From positions 1-48,449 of the forward strand of contig JBLKOL010000004.1 in the NCBI GenBank assembly GCA_047602765.1: 48,449 bases of DNA. Direction: 5' to 3'. This DNA comes from Candidatus Woesearchaeota archaeon. GTDB taxonomy: Archaea > Nanobdellota > Nanobdellia > Woesearchaeales > WAPJ01. The first letter of the stretch is position 1, and each line of letters opens with the position of its first letter. The notes beneath the pieces were generated by a model, which was given only the letters and a program-made list of their open reading frames with translations, was not told the DNA's origin and did no database searches. Positions 9,498 to 18,544 of this stretch are shown in pieces. Made by a program: the position numbers and the translations under genes.

Positions 9498-9705
9498 ACT
9501 GCTCGTTCGAGCCGTTCACTGATAAGTGTACCGATGATGGTTCGGTGACGGTTATGAGAGTGAGTGGAGGGGTAACAACGTGCTCCGAAAGCTGGGTTCG
9601 AGAGCTCCAGCACGAAAGGGGAGTGTATGGTGATGAGTATCGGCGTAATACACTGGTGTAAGGGAGCGGTTGTCTGGGCTCTGTCCGTATAAGAAACGGT
9701 ATGCG

Positions 9706-10479
9706 TTAATTGAGTATTCGCTCCTGCGGTGTTCGCGGTTTCTTGTGTATGCCATAGCGGCGCGCGAGTTCTCCTGCTTGTACGTGGAGCATGAGCTCGT
9801 ATTCTCGCCGTTCGGCAGGGTCTTCGGAGTGTTCGATCGCCTTTACGAGTGCGCGGTACGTCGACTCGTGGGTCTCGCGTTCGTCCGTTACTCCTTGTCC
9901 ATGTGTGACTTCGTGTGCGTTGATCCACTTGTGGACGATGTCGGTTGTGACGCCGTGCAGAGCCGCGAGCGATTCGAGTTTTTGTTGGTAGTGTGTCGCA
10001 TCCCGAGTATAGTACCCTTGACCATTGCCGAGGAAGGTTGTTGTCTGTGCGGCTCCCGGCCACTCGTATTCGAGTTCGTCTACTCCGCTCGCGATCGTCT
10101 CGAGCGCCGTGTACGATTTGGTCTCTTCTCGGATCATCTCTCCGAGGATGCTCTCTTCGACCGATTTGACATCGCGCCAGTATGCTTCAGCGAGTCGGAT
10201 GGCCTTCTCTTCTTCTGCTCGGCTACGACCTTCAACGTAGATGGGTCTCCCTGTTTCGTGGTCGACGTAGGCTGCGAGCGGGGTGGTCACTGAACTATGA
10301 GCATACGGGTCGGGAAGCGTGGCTGATGATGGGTCGTTGATGATGGATTCGAGCGGGCCGAAGCCGATCATGATAGAGTCGGAACCGATCCGCATCTCGA
10401 TCCAATACGCTTCGACGCTCCATCCACTGGTTTGGATGTGTGAGGGTCGATCCGTAGCTACGTGAGAATCCAAATGCAT
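9706..10479 (-). CDS. Hypothetical protein with HExxH motif (possible zincin-like)
   Basis: AHEVTH followed by downstream Glu residues; TATA-like TTTTATC about 25 nt upstream of ATG 10479. Start uncertain. Confidence 0.5.
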   Translation of the reverse strand: MHLDSHVATDRPSHIQTSGWSVEAYWIEMRIGSDSIMIGFGPLESIINDPSSATLPDPYAHSSVTTPLAAYVDHETGRPIYVEGRSRAEEEKAIRLAEAYWRDVKSVEESILGEMIREETKSYTALETIASGVDELEYEWPGAAQTTTFLGNGQGYYTRDATHYQQKLESLAALHGVTTDIVHKWINAHEVTHGQGVTDERETHESTYRALVKAIEHSEDPAERREYELMLHVQAGELARRYGIHKKPRTPQERILN

Positions 10480-10514
10480 CAACCAGTGCTACGTGGAGGA
10501 TGATAAAAAGGTTA

Positions 10515-10627
10515 TGGGGGTACTGGGATTCGAACCCAGATCGACCGGTTGCTTCAGGTCATCGGCACGAGGCCTCTGCGCTCCACTACTGGAGCCGGTT
10601 GTACTAGCCAGGTTATACTATACCCCC
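10515..10627 (-). tRNA. trnW: tRNA-Trp(CCA) with 39-nt intron at position 37/38 (intron 10550-10588)
   Basis: Acceptor stem GGGGGTA/TACCCCC, anticodon stem ACCGG/CCGGT with loop CT-CCA-G|A, T-arm GGTTCGAATCC. Confidence 0.92.
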
Positions 10628-10669
10628 GTACGGAGCGGTGCGCCGCGTTCGGTTTTAATGGCTTTCGTC

Positions 10670-11002
10670 TTACGGGTTCGTGTAGTGCACGGTGAGCTGG
10701 AATACGTAGTCTTGCCGTTCGTCTCGGAATACGTCGAGGGGTTTCTCCCCGGTGACCGGCTGGCGACCTTCGAAGGCGAGCGGCACGTGTCTGAACCCCA
10801 TCTCAGAGAGCTCGCGTCTGAGATCTTCTTGGAATCGCTGCGGGACGGTTGTCTCGTATTCTGCTTTGATACCGTCTTCGAGCGACTTGTATCCTGCGAA
10901 CTTTGGATTCGTGATCGGGGTTTCGATGTGGTTCATGAGCGTCTTCGAGCGCATGCCTGCGAGGTCGAGCAGTTCGCTCAGCTGTGTTTCTGTGATTCCC
11001 AT
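10670..11002 (-). CDS. Hypothetical protein
   Basis: ORF from ATG 11002, about 25 nt downstream of a TTATAAA box shared divergently with the Nudix gene. Confidence 0.5.
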   Translation of the reverse strand: MGITETQLSELLDLAGMRSKTLMNHIETPITNPKFAGYKSLEDGIKAEYETTVPQRFQEDLRRELSEMGFRHVPLAFEGRQPVTGEKPLDVFRDERQDYVFQLTVHYTNP

Positions 11003-11053
11003 CTGTCGCGAGCTGAAGCATCTGTTTATAAGGTCGTCGAGGATACACTCGTT

Positions 11054-11482
11054 ATGTACGAGGTCCGTGATTCGGCAGGCGTCTTCTTGCGCCACACTGA
11101 GTCAGGTGATTTCCTCTTCCACCTGCGCGATGCGAAGCCTGACATCGCCGATCCGGGTCGGTGGTCGCTCATCGGCGGGAGCATCGATGACGGTGAGTCT
11201 CCTGAACAGGCTGCCAAGCGCGAGGTCTTCGAGGAGATCGGTATCCGGATCGAGAAGCTGCGCTACCTTGCGACGATCGATGCTGTTGATGTGGTGAAGG
11301 GCGTGCGTCATCCGCTCAGGATCGCGCTCTTCCTCTCCGAGATAGATGGTGATGCGAGCGATATCGCTCTGACCGAGGGTCAAGAGGTCCGCTACTTCTC
11401 GCTCGACGCGATCATGGAGCGCGACCTCAAACCCGAGTTCAAACGGTTCATATTCATGAGGCGTGAGGATCTTGAACGCTAA
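11054..11482 (+). CDS. NUDIX hydrolase
   Basis: Nudix box GGSIDDGESPEQAAKREVFEEIG; start at ATG 11054. Confidence 0.9.
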   Translation: MYEVRDSAGVFLRHTESGDFLFHLRDAKPDIADPGRWSLIGGSIDDGESPEQAAKREVFEEIGIRIEKLRYLATIDAVDVVKGVRHPLRIALFLSEIDGDASDIALTEGQEVRYFSLDAIMERDLKPEFKRFIFMRREDLER

Positions 11483-12059
11483 AGGGTTCGGAGCGGTGCT
11501 CGTCGTCGTGTGGATCCTCTCAAGCATCCAGCTCGTGTTCGCACAGGTTCCGCATGTCATCTTCGCCTTCTGCTATATCGGCATCCTCATCGCAGGACTT
11601 GGATTCGTGTATGTTCGTCCGTCGCTCGTCTATGCGTACGTCTCGGTAGCGCTCTTAGCTCAGATACCGTTCTCAGTCGATCTCGTGCGCGTGTATCTGG
11701 GCCTCGAACAGTTCATCGGGCTCGTTATGTATGATCCCGCGTATCATACGCTTGCCGGGCGCATCGTCGATCTTGCGGTGCACCTGCTTGTGCTTCCGTT
11801 CGTCATTGTCGGCATGAGGTCGATCGGGGTTCCGACCTACCGTTCCTTCGTGAAGTGGTATCTCATCCTGCTCGTAGCCGTCATCGCGGTATCGGTTCCT
11901 TTGGAGAACAACTGTGTGCTCGTAGGATGCTTCGAACCCCTCGCATATGGGGATACGATCATAGGACACCTCGTCTACTTCTCGATCGTCGCACTCTTCG
12001 GTCCACTCGTCATAGCGCGCATCGTGATGAAGATACACTCCCGGCTGCGTCAGCGTTGA
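11463..12059 (+). CDS. Multi-pass membrane protein
   Basis: About 6 hydrophobic helices; overlaps the Nudix stop (translational coupling). Confidence 0.65.
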   Translation: MRILNAKGFGAVLVVVWILSSIQLVFAQVPHVIFAFCYIGILIAGLGFVYVRPSLVYAYVSVALLAQIPFSVDLVRVYLGLEQFIGLVMYDPAYHTLAGRIVDLAVHLLVLPFVIVGMRSIGVPTYRSFVKWYLILLVAVIAVSVPLENNCVLVGCFEPLAYGDTIIGHLVYFSIVALFGPLVIARIVMKIHSRLRQR

Positions 12060-12796
12060 CGTTTCGTGCTTCGCGCCGATGATCGCTTCGCAGATTGAGA
12101 TTTGGAGGGTTTCTTCGTAGGGGTTTTTCGGGTTGATTTCTTGGTGGTGGTCTTTGTGGGAGCCTTCCTCGTTGGTTTGCGTGCGGGCTTCGACACCTTC
12201 TTCGTGGTTTTAGGAGGTGTTTTTCGGGTTGTTTTCGTGGTGGGTTTCGCTGGTTTTTTCGCAGGCGTGCGCTTCTTCGGTTTCGAGCGCACAGGCTTCT
12301 CAGATAGAATGTGCGGTGTCGAAGGCTCATCGCTCTGCGATGCGGGTTTCGTCTTCGCCGTGCGGGTTGCTCCGAGGCTCGTGGTGTGCAGCATCCGTCC
12401 GTGGGGTGCATATCTTCGCTTGCTCGGAGGACTTCGCGTGTCCAAAGAGGGCTTTCCGTGTTCTACGGTGAGTTCGTCTCCGATGCTGATCCCGTGTTCT
12501 TTGATGAAGCCATGGTATGCTTCGAGTACGGTGCTCGAGCACGCCTTCGAATAGTAGAAGGTGAAAGGTCTGAAGCGTTCTTTGAGGTCGACGACGCGCA
12601 TCTGCTTGTCCATGAAGATGATGTCGATCGGATAGAACACGAAGACCATGTGGAATTTGAGCTTCTCCTCCTCGCCGAATTCGAAGAGCACGTCGTGAGG
12701 GCGGGAGAACATCAGGCCGCGGGCCTTCTCCCACTGCGTGCGTGCGAGTCGTGGCTGCGAGACAGGGTTCGATCCCTTGTAGACGGTGAGCTCCAT
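12050..12796 (-). CDS. DUF192 domain protein with Lys/Thr/Pro-rich H1-like C-terminal tail
   Basis: KARGLMF, HMVFVFYPIDIIF, VLE and ISIGDEL DUF192 motifs, then a KKPAKPTTK-type tail; promoter AAAAAGGATTATAAA upstream of ATG 12796. Confidence 0.8.
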   Translation of the reverse strand: MELTVYKGSNPVSQPRLARTQWEKARGLMFSRPHDVLFEFGEEEKLKFHMVFVFYPIDIIFMDKQMRVVDLKERFRPFTFYYSKACSSTVLEAYHGFIKEHGISIGDELTVEHGKPSLDTRSPPSKRRYAPHGRMLHTTSLGATRTAKTKPASQSDEPSTPHILSEKPVRSKPKKRTPAKKPAKPTTKTTRKTPPKTTKKVSKPARKPTRKAPTKTTTKKSTRKTPTKKPSKSQSAKRSSARSTKRQR

Positions 12797-12844
12797 AGCG
12801 GTCCAGGGCGGGGTGGGTTTATAATCCTTTTTCGTCATCCGCAT

Positions 12845-13008
12845 GCGCTACGACGAGTGTTCGGGTTCGTTCGAAGTACTGTCCTGTGTTCTCGAACACG
12901 ATCCGAGTGCCCGAGCGAACGTTCTCGGAATACTCGGCTTTCGGCGTTCGTACCGGTCTCCGCACATCGTAAAGGGCATAGAGCCCGCTCTCAGCCGCTC
13001 TCCAGCGC
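12845..13008 (-). ncRNA. Candidate structured non-coding RNA of unknown family
   Basis: The 5' and 3' ends pair, three internal hairpins are present, G-U pairs favour the minus strand, and it begins just downstream of TTTATAAA at 13026-13033. Confidence 0.4.
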
Positions 13009-13055
13009 CAGACCTAAGCCAAATGTTTATAAAGCGAATCCTTGCCCATCGTCCT

Positions 13056-13451
13056 ATGTCAGTCAAGTTCGCCTCGCCAACGTCGCTCAAGAAGGGCAGC
13101 TACGTCATGATCGATGGAGCGGCCTGCCGCACGCTCTCGATCGCTACGTCTAAGCCCGGGAAGCACGGTTCTGCGAAGACGAAAGTCGAAGGCATGGGTT
13201 TGCTCGACAATAAACGCCGTTCGATGATCGTCGCCGGTGGCGATGATGTCGAGGTTCCGATCGTCGAGAAGCGAAACGCCCAGGTCCTGAGCAAGACGGA
13301 CGTCGGGATCAACGTCATGGATTCGGAGACGTACGAGACGTTCGATCTCAAAGTCGAAGATGACTTCGAAGGCGACGTGAAGGAGGGCGACACCGTCGTC
13401 TATTGGATCATCACCGGCGTGAAGGTCCTCAAACAGGTCAAGAGTGAATAA
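13056..13451 (+). CDS. eif5a: Translation factor aIF5A
   Basis: Hypusination motif SKPGKHGSAK; leaderless ATG 23 nt after the TATA box. Confidence 0.95.
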   Translation: MSVKFASPTSLKKGSYVMIDGAACRTLSIATSKPGKHGSAKTKVEGMGLLDNKRRSMIVAGGDDVEVPIVEKRNAQVLSKTDVGINVMDSETYETFDLKVEDDFEGDVKEGDTVVYWIITGVKVLKQVKSE

Positions 13452-13453
13452 TC

Positions 13454-13615
13454 ATGGGAAAGATCGAAGCAGCCGACCACCGGATGTTCTCAGGCGTATT
13501 CGTCTGCAAGAGTTGCAAGAGCAAGATCCGCAGCACGATGATGAAGGTTCTGCGCGGCAAGGTATCATGCCGCAAGTGCAGCGGCAAAGCCCTGCGCGTC
13601 AAGCGTAAGAAGTAG
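13454..13615 (+). CDS. rpl40e: 50S ribosomal protein eL40 (not in the ORF track)
   Basis: MGKIEAADHRMFSGVFVCKSCKSKIR...CRKCSGKALRVKRKK, a Zn-ribbon with two CxxC pairs, directly after aIF5A. Confidence 0.85.
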   Translation: MGKIEAADHRMFSGVFVCKSCKSKIRSTMMKVLRGKVSCRKCSGKALRVKRKK

Positions 13616-13649
13616 TACCTTTATATCCGAGATCCGCTCGGGGTCATAC

Positions 13650-14623
13650 ATGCGATTCGCGTTCCTCGTTGTTATAGTTCTGTTGGCATCGTCGGTCGTG
13701 AGCGGTGCGCCTGCGCCCCCGGACGAGGCGTACGTTCTGCTCTTCGATAGTGGATTGCTCGTATATCAGGCGAACCATACTCTTTAATTGCATGCGAATG
13801 AATTTGATACACGCGTAGAGAATATGTCGGACAAGACACAGGCGTGGTTTAGGGATTACGCTGTTCGCCCCATCGACAGCTCCGAGGAGATACACTGTTA
13901 TATCGCGGAGAATTTATCATACCAGAAACAGCTCATAGTGCTTTCGTGTACCGTGGTTCGAGCGATGAGCGGTTTGGAGAGGTAGTCGAGGAAGAGCGGG
14001 AGTCGATTCCTCCCGGTACGGTTGATCCGACCCTACGAGGTCTCGCCGTTCGGGAACATCACCAGTCTCACCATCGTCTACACATACAACAGTAGGTTCC
14101 CGGCGCGAATCGCCGAAAGGTGGGCGCCACTCTACATCGCGGACCTTGCTGGTGCGGTGAGATTTTCGGATCGGATCGAAGCAGACGTTCCGTCTTTAGA
14201 ACCTTCAGACGTGCTTTCGGGGCGTGGGATTCCAACATTCGGGTACTACGATGGACGCGTTCGAACGCTCGGATCCTATCCTGAAACGTCTGTTGGGCTC
14301 GAACATTCTTCATCTCGGTGGTCTCTCATCGATTCGGGTGAGTATGCGCGCGTTGCGATCCGCGTCGTCGTCCTTCTGCTCATCGTCCTATCCGCTCCGA
14401 TTACGACGCTTCTCGTGCCGAATCGTGCCTCTTGGATCGGGGTCTAGCAGGTGTTTAGGGTATTGTAGTGCTCGTTGGAGGTCTCTTCTTCTCTCGATCC
14501 GGACCGCTCCAGAACCTGTTCGGCGTACCGATCATACTCGAGGTACTCGTATCGCTCGCCATGTGGCTCCTCTCGATTCTCGCAACGGTGTACCTTATCG
14601 GCTCGAGAAGTCCGAAGAGTTGA
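13650..14623 (+). pseudogene. Decayed secreted/membrane protein gene
   Basis: A signal peptide ORF from 13650 is broken by in-frame TAA (13785) and TAG (13983) and continues in frame to 14447. A frameshifted TM-coding tail ends at TGA 14623. Confidence 0.6.
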
Positions 14624-14629
14624 ACGTGC

Positions 14630-17131
14630 TCAGTTCTTCCGTTCGACTGCTCCAGCGTCCCATCCGGATCCTTGGGGTCTTCTCGTGCCGAAGAAGTCCG
14701 TTGCGACGCTCGGTATCTGCACCCCTGCATTGATCGTAGGCGAGCCTGATACGACGCTGAAGTCGAGTTTGTATGGGTTGCGGTACATCGTTTGCGATGT
14801 TTCGACGTTTCCTTCGAATTGGGTAGTGCTGGCTCGGTCATCGAGGTCCCTGCTGTTGTCCATGAATGCGTTGTTCGCGACGTATGCTCCGTCTCTTCTC
14901 GTACTTAACGCGCTATTGCTCGAAGACATGCCGTTCGCGATGAACGTGTTGTGTACGACGACACCGTCGGGCGTCTGTATCCTGACGCCGTTCCCGTTGT
15001 AGAGGAAGATGTTGTTGCGAACTGCGTTGTTTCCTGCTGATCCGTCGATAGAGACCATGACGATTGCAGGACCTTTCCGTGAACTTGAACTATAATGGTG
15101 CCATGTGAATCTGCCGTTGCGGTAGAACAGGTTGTTCTCGGCAACCATGTTCTCAGGGAAGGGTCCGCCGCTCGTTCGTGATTGTATGGCTCGAACCACG
15201 TCATGGACGATGTTCCCATCCCATACCACTCCGTCTCCTGAGGTGTACCATCCGTATGACGTGCCAGGGTATCCGTTATCGTGGATGTGGTTGTTGCGGA
15301 ACACGAGGTGGTTCGCGTTTCCGCTGAACGCGGTTTCATACATTCCGTGTACCTCCATGTTCTGGAACGTGAGGTGGCTCGAATACTCTCGTGAATCGGT
15401 GCTCAGCATGCGAATGGCGCGCATGGAATCGCTCTTGAGCGTTTCGTCCATGTTCTGCCATTGCTCGTATTCATCGTCATCTCGGATGTCGAGTGCTCGT
15501 GCGTCTAGGATCTGAGGGTTGCTGTCGGTAATCTCGAATCCATCGAATATCCAGTGCTGTGATGGGTTGCTGATGTAGATCACCGCTGCGTCATGGTCGG
15601 TGAGCTGCGCATCGAGCACGACACGCTCTCCAGGATACGCCTGTACGGTGATCGGGTTGGTAGGTTCTCCGCTCTTCTGCAAGATGCGGAATCCACCGTA
15701 CCGTCCTTCTCGTACGAGTATCGTATCGCCTGGGCCTGCTGTATCAACGGCTTTCTGGATCGTCCTGAACGGATCGGTGCTCGAGCCCGACGCGCTATCG
15801 CTCCCGCTCATCGACACGTAGTAGCGGGCTTCAGGTATCGGACCGGGGAGGGGAAGGTCGAGCAGCGTATCGAAGCCGCTCGGATCTCGGGATTCTGAGA
15901 TCACGACCACATCGACACTGCTCCGTGGACCGAGGGGTGTGAGTGATGCCTGTGTTCCTTCGATCGTGCCTCGGTACGCTTCAACCCACTCGTATTCTTC
16001 GTTCGTATCGGGGAGTACGGTTCGTGTGGTGCCTCCGGGAAGTTCGAGGCGCCACCCTGCGCTCGTGTGGTGGTGTGTGTATATGCGTATCCATACCGAG
16101 ACGTCGGTATCGGATTCTTCCAAAGAGAAGGAGAGCGAATCTTGCGAAGGGTATGTGCCTCCGAACGTCTCGTACTTCCACGGCGCGTTCACCGCGAGGC
16201 CTCCTGATGCTCTCCGATCGTGGACGAGTTGGAACGGCCCATCGTGGACCGTCGCATGCTGTGATAGTTCGATCAGCTGTACTTCTTGAGGAGTCTGAGC
16301 AGGGGATTCTTCCTCTACCGTTACGCTTCTACAGTCGCTGCTGCAGTACGTGCAGCTTCCCTCATCAGGTTCGCAGGGGACTCCGTTGAGCTCGCCATCA
16401 TCGCATTCCTCTCCTGCTTCTACGATGCCATTTCCGCAGAAGGGTGGTGTTTCGGATTCAAGCATCACGTCGCTGAACCGAGCTGTGGTGGTTGCTTCGA
16501 CATCGTGGCTTGTCGCTGCAAGTCCTACGAGCACGTTATCTTCAGTTGCGAGTGCGAGTGTTTCCACATGCGTCCATTCTGATCCGTCGGTCGATACGAA
16601 TCCGCTGATGGTGTTACCGCTTCGATCGAGTCGTAGGTAGAGGGGGAACTCGTACCCGGTAACGCGTATGCCGTTAACGGTTGACCCTTCATATTCTGAC
16701 CGGTACTGGAATCCGACTCTTACTCCGTCGCTGCGTGGGGGGTTTACTCTCAGATGAGCGTGTCTGCTGCCTGCGTCGAGCGATTCTCGGATCATGAGTG
16801 ATGCTTTCGCTGATCCATGCGTTTCGAGGATGCTATTGATCCGTGCTCTGATCGAGAAGTCTCCCGATACCTCTTGGTATGCATAGTGGAATTCGTCTTG
16901 TGTGCCGAAGATGTCTGATCCTGAGGCGTTGATCGTGAATATGCCCTGATCGTACGTAGCTGATCCTTCCAGTGATGGTCCCCCTACGTCTGTGTTGGTC
17001 CATGGGGTTGGGAGCGGAACTCCGGTGGGAGCGGATGATTCGTCTTCTCCCAGGGGTGTGATGTAGATACATGCGGAGAGGAGTATGATACAGGATACGA
17101 GTACTATGCCGGCTTTCATACTCTCTCCCAT
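14630..17131 (-). CDS. Multidomain lipoprotein: ConA/LamG-like domain, Cys-rich CGNG repeat, right-handed beta-helix (pectate lyase-like)
   Basis: Lipobox LLSAC; GSDIFGTQDEFHYAYQ and LRLDRSGNTISG; CGNGIVEAGEECDDG; YYVSMSGSDS...PFRTIQKA...GPGDTILVREGRY; ends DAGAVE. Confidence 0.8.
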   Translation of the reverse strand: MGESMKAGIVLVSCIILLSACIYITPLGEDESSAPTGVPLPTPWTNTDVGGPSLEGSATYDQGIFTINASGSDIFGTQDEFHYAYQEVSGDFSIRARINSILETHGSAKASLMIRESLDAGSRHAHLRVNPPRSDGVRVGFQYRSEYEGSTVNGIRVTGYEFPLYLRLDRSGNTISGFVSTDGSEWTHVETLALATEDNVLVGLAATSHDVEATTTARFSDVMLESETPPFCGNGIVEAGEECDDGELNGVPCEPDEGSCTYCSSDCRSVTVEEESPAQTPQEVQLIELSQHATVHDGPFQLVHDRRASGGLAVNAPWKYETFGGTYPSQDSLSFSLEESDTDVSVWIRIYTHHHTSAGWRLELPGGTTRTVLPDTNEEYEWVEAYRGTIEGTQASLTPLGPRSSVDVVVISESRDPSGFDTLLDLPLPGPIPEARYYVSMSGSDSASGSSTDPFRTIQKAVDTAGPGDTILVREGRYGGFRILQKSGEPTNPITVQAYPGERVVLDAQLTDHDAAVIYISNPSQHWIFDGFEITDSNPQILDARALDIRDDDEYEQWQNMDETLKSDSMRAIRMLSTDSREYSSHLTFQNMEVHGMYETAFSGNANHLVFRNNHIHDNGYPGTSYGWYTSGDGVVWDGNIVHDVVRAIQSRTSGGPFPENMVAENNLFYRNGRFTWHHYSSSSRKGPAIVMVSIDGSAGNNAVRNNIFLYNGNGVRIQTPDGVVVHNTFIANGMSSSNSALSTRRDGAYVANNAFMDNSRDLDDRASTTQFEGNVETSQTMYRNPYKLDFSVVSGSPTINAGVQIPSVATDFFGTRRPQGSGWDAGAVERKN

Positions 17132-17195
17132 CTCAGCAGCCTTTTAACCGTTATCGTACACTACCTTTTTATACGCCTGCTTCGGGCGGTGACTG

Positions 17196-18515
17196 ATGGA
17201 TATCGCCTCGGTGCTCTTCGCGAACCTCGACCTCACACTGTTCTTGGTATTCGCGGTTCTCCTCGGTGCCTTCCTGTACTGGGAGTACCGTAGGGGTGAG
17301 AAGCTCGAGATACAGCATCTCATCCCCTTCGTGCTCTATGCGATCATGTACCGTACGAAGTGGGGGCTCAAGCGTATGGACTCGTTCGCCAAGCGGTGTT
17401 CGACGCTCATACGCTTCTCGGTGCCGGTAATCATCTTCGTAGGGATCGCTGGCATGGTCCTCTTCGCTGGTATGACGCTCTACTTGATGATCGAGTACCT
17501 TCAGAGTCCTGCTACTCAGATGGCTCCGCTTCAGCTCGTGCTTCCCTTTGAGAGCGCAGTCACGTTCTACCTTCCCTTCCTTTACTGGGTGCTCGGCATC
17601 TTCTTCATCGCGACGATCCATGAATTCGCGCATGGGGTGATCGCACGCTACTACAAGATGAAGGTGAAGAGCACGGGGTTCGCCTTCTTCGGCATCGTCC
17701 TTCCTGTGATCCCTGCTGCGTTCGTCGAACCTGACGAGAAGGATATGCTCAAGCGTTCGTGGAAGGAGCAGACGGCGATGTACGCTGCAGGTCCGTTCAT
17801 CAATATCGTATCGTTCTTCGCATTGCTCGCGGTCCTCGCTGTCGTCTTCAGCCCGATCGCGGATTCGATCGTCTCAAGCGAATGGCAGGAGGGACTTGTC
17901 ATCACCTCGATCGCAGAGGATTCTGCACTGACCGGACTCGGATTCGTCGAGAACGAGACGCGTATCCTCGCGATCAATGACGAGCCGCTCGGACGCCAAG
18001 AAGCGTTCATACAACTCACCGGAATATTGCATGAGACGAGGCCTGGTGATGTGATGACGATCACCACTCAGACCGATACGTACGAGATCACGCTCATCGA
18101 GACGCCGGATGATCGCGAGCACGGTATGATCGGAGCGAACTTCGCAGCTGACCTTACTGGGAGTCTGAGGGCGAGTCCGTACCGCGTCGCGCAAGGAGCC
18201 CTCGTCGCGAGCGGTATGCGTCAGTTCTACGCTCCGCCCGAGTCGATCCCTGAGCCGCTCCAACACGTCTCGCTCTGGGTCATGGGTCTCATCTTCTGGA
18301 CGGCGATCATCAGCTTGGGTATCGGAGCGTTCAATCTGCTTCCGATCTTCATCGCTGATGGAGGGCGTATTCTGCTCGTAACGCTCGAGAAGATCTTCAA
18401 GCTGAGTCCTGAGCGCTCAGCGTCCGTGGTGATGGCGGTGAGCTGGACGTTCGTGATTCTCATCGTCGTAACACTCATCGCAGGGATGCCCTTCGTACAA
18501 GGATTGTTCGTATGA
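17196..18515 (+). CDS. Site-2 protease (peptidase M50) with PDZ-like domain
   Basis: HEFAH, AAFVEPD, AAGPFIN and FNLLPIFIADGG motifs. Confidence 0.92.
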   Translation: MDIASVLFANLDLTLFLVFAVLLGAFLYWEYRRGEKLEIQHLIPFVLYAIMYRTKWGLKRMDSFAKRCSTLIRFSVPVIIFVGIAGMVLFAGMTLYLMIEYLQSPATQMAPLQLVLPFESAVTFYLPFLYWVLGIFFIATIHEFAHGVIARYYKMKVKSTGFAFFGIVLPVIPAAFVEPDEKDMLKRSWKEQTAMYAAGPFINIVSFFALLAVLAVVFSPIADSIVSSEWQEGLVITSIAEDSALTGLGFVENETRILAINDEPLGRQEAFIQLTGILHETRPGDVMTITTQTDTYEITLIETPDDREHGMIGANFAADLTGSLRASPYRVAQGALVASGMRQFYAPPESIPEPLQHVSLWVMGLIFWTAIISLGIGAFNLLPIFIADGGRILLVTLEKIFKLSPERSASVVMAVSWTFVILIVVTLIAGMPFVQGLFV

Positions 18516-18518
18516 TCA

Positions 18519-18544
18519 CTCGTAGTATTCGATCTCGCTTCCGA
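18519..18544 (+). repeat. 26-bp direct repeat, copy 1
   Basis: CTCGTAGTATTCGATCTCGCTTCCGA, identical to 20871-20896. Confidence 0.85.

Noticed and set aside
10493-11053. Long N-terminal extensions in the ORF track (Nudix, also aIF5A, photolyase, adk, 2H, suhB)
   Set aside because: The extensions overlap tRNAs, other genes or promoters, and TATA boxes sit about 25 nt before the downstream starts used here.
7021-13451. DHS and aIF5A as a dedicated hypusination operon
   Set aside because: They are 5 kb apart with unrelated genes on both strands between them. The pathway is well known and the proximity may be incidental.
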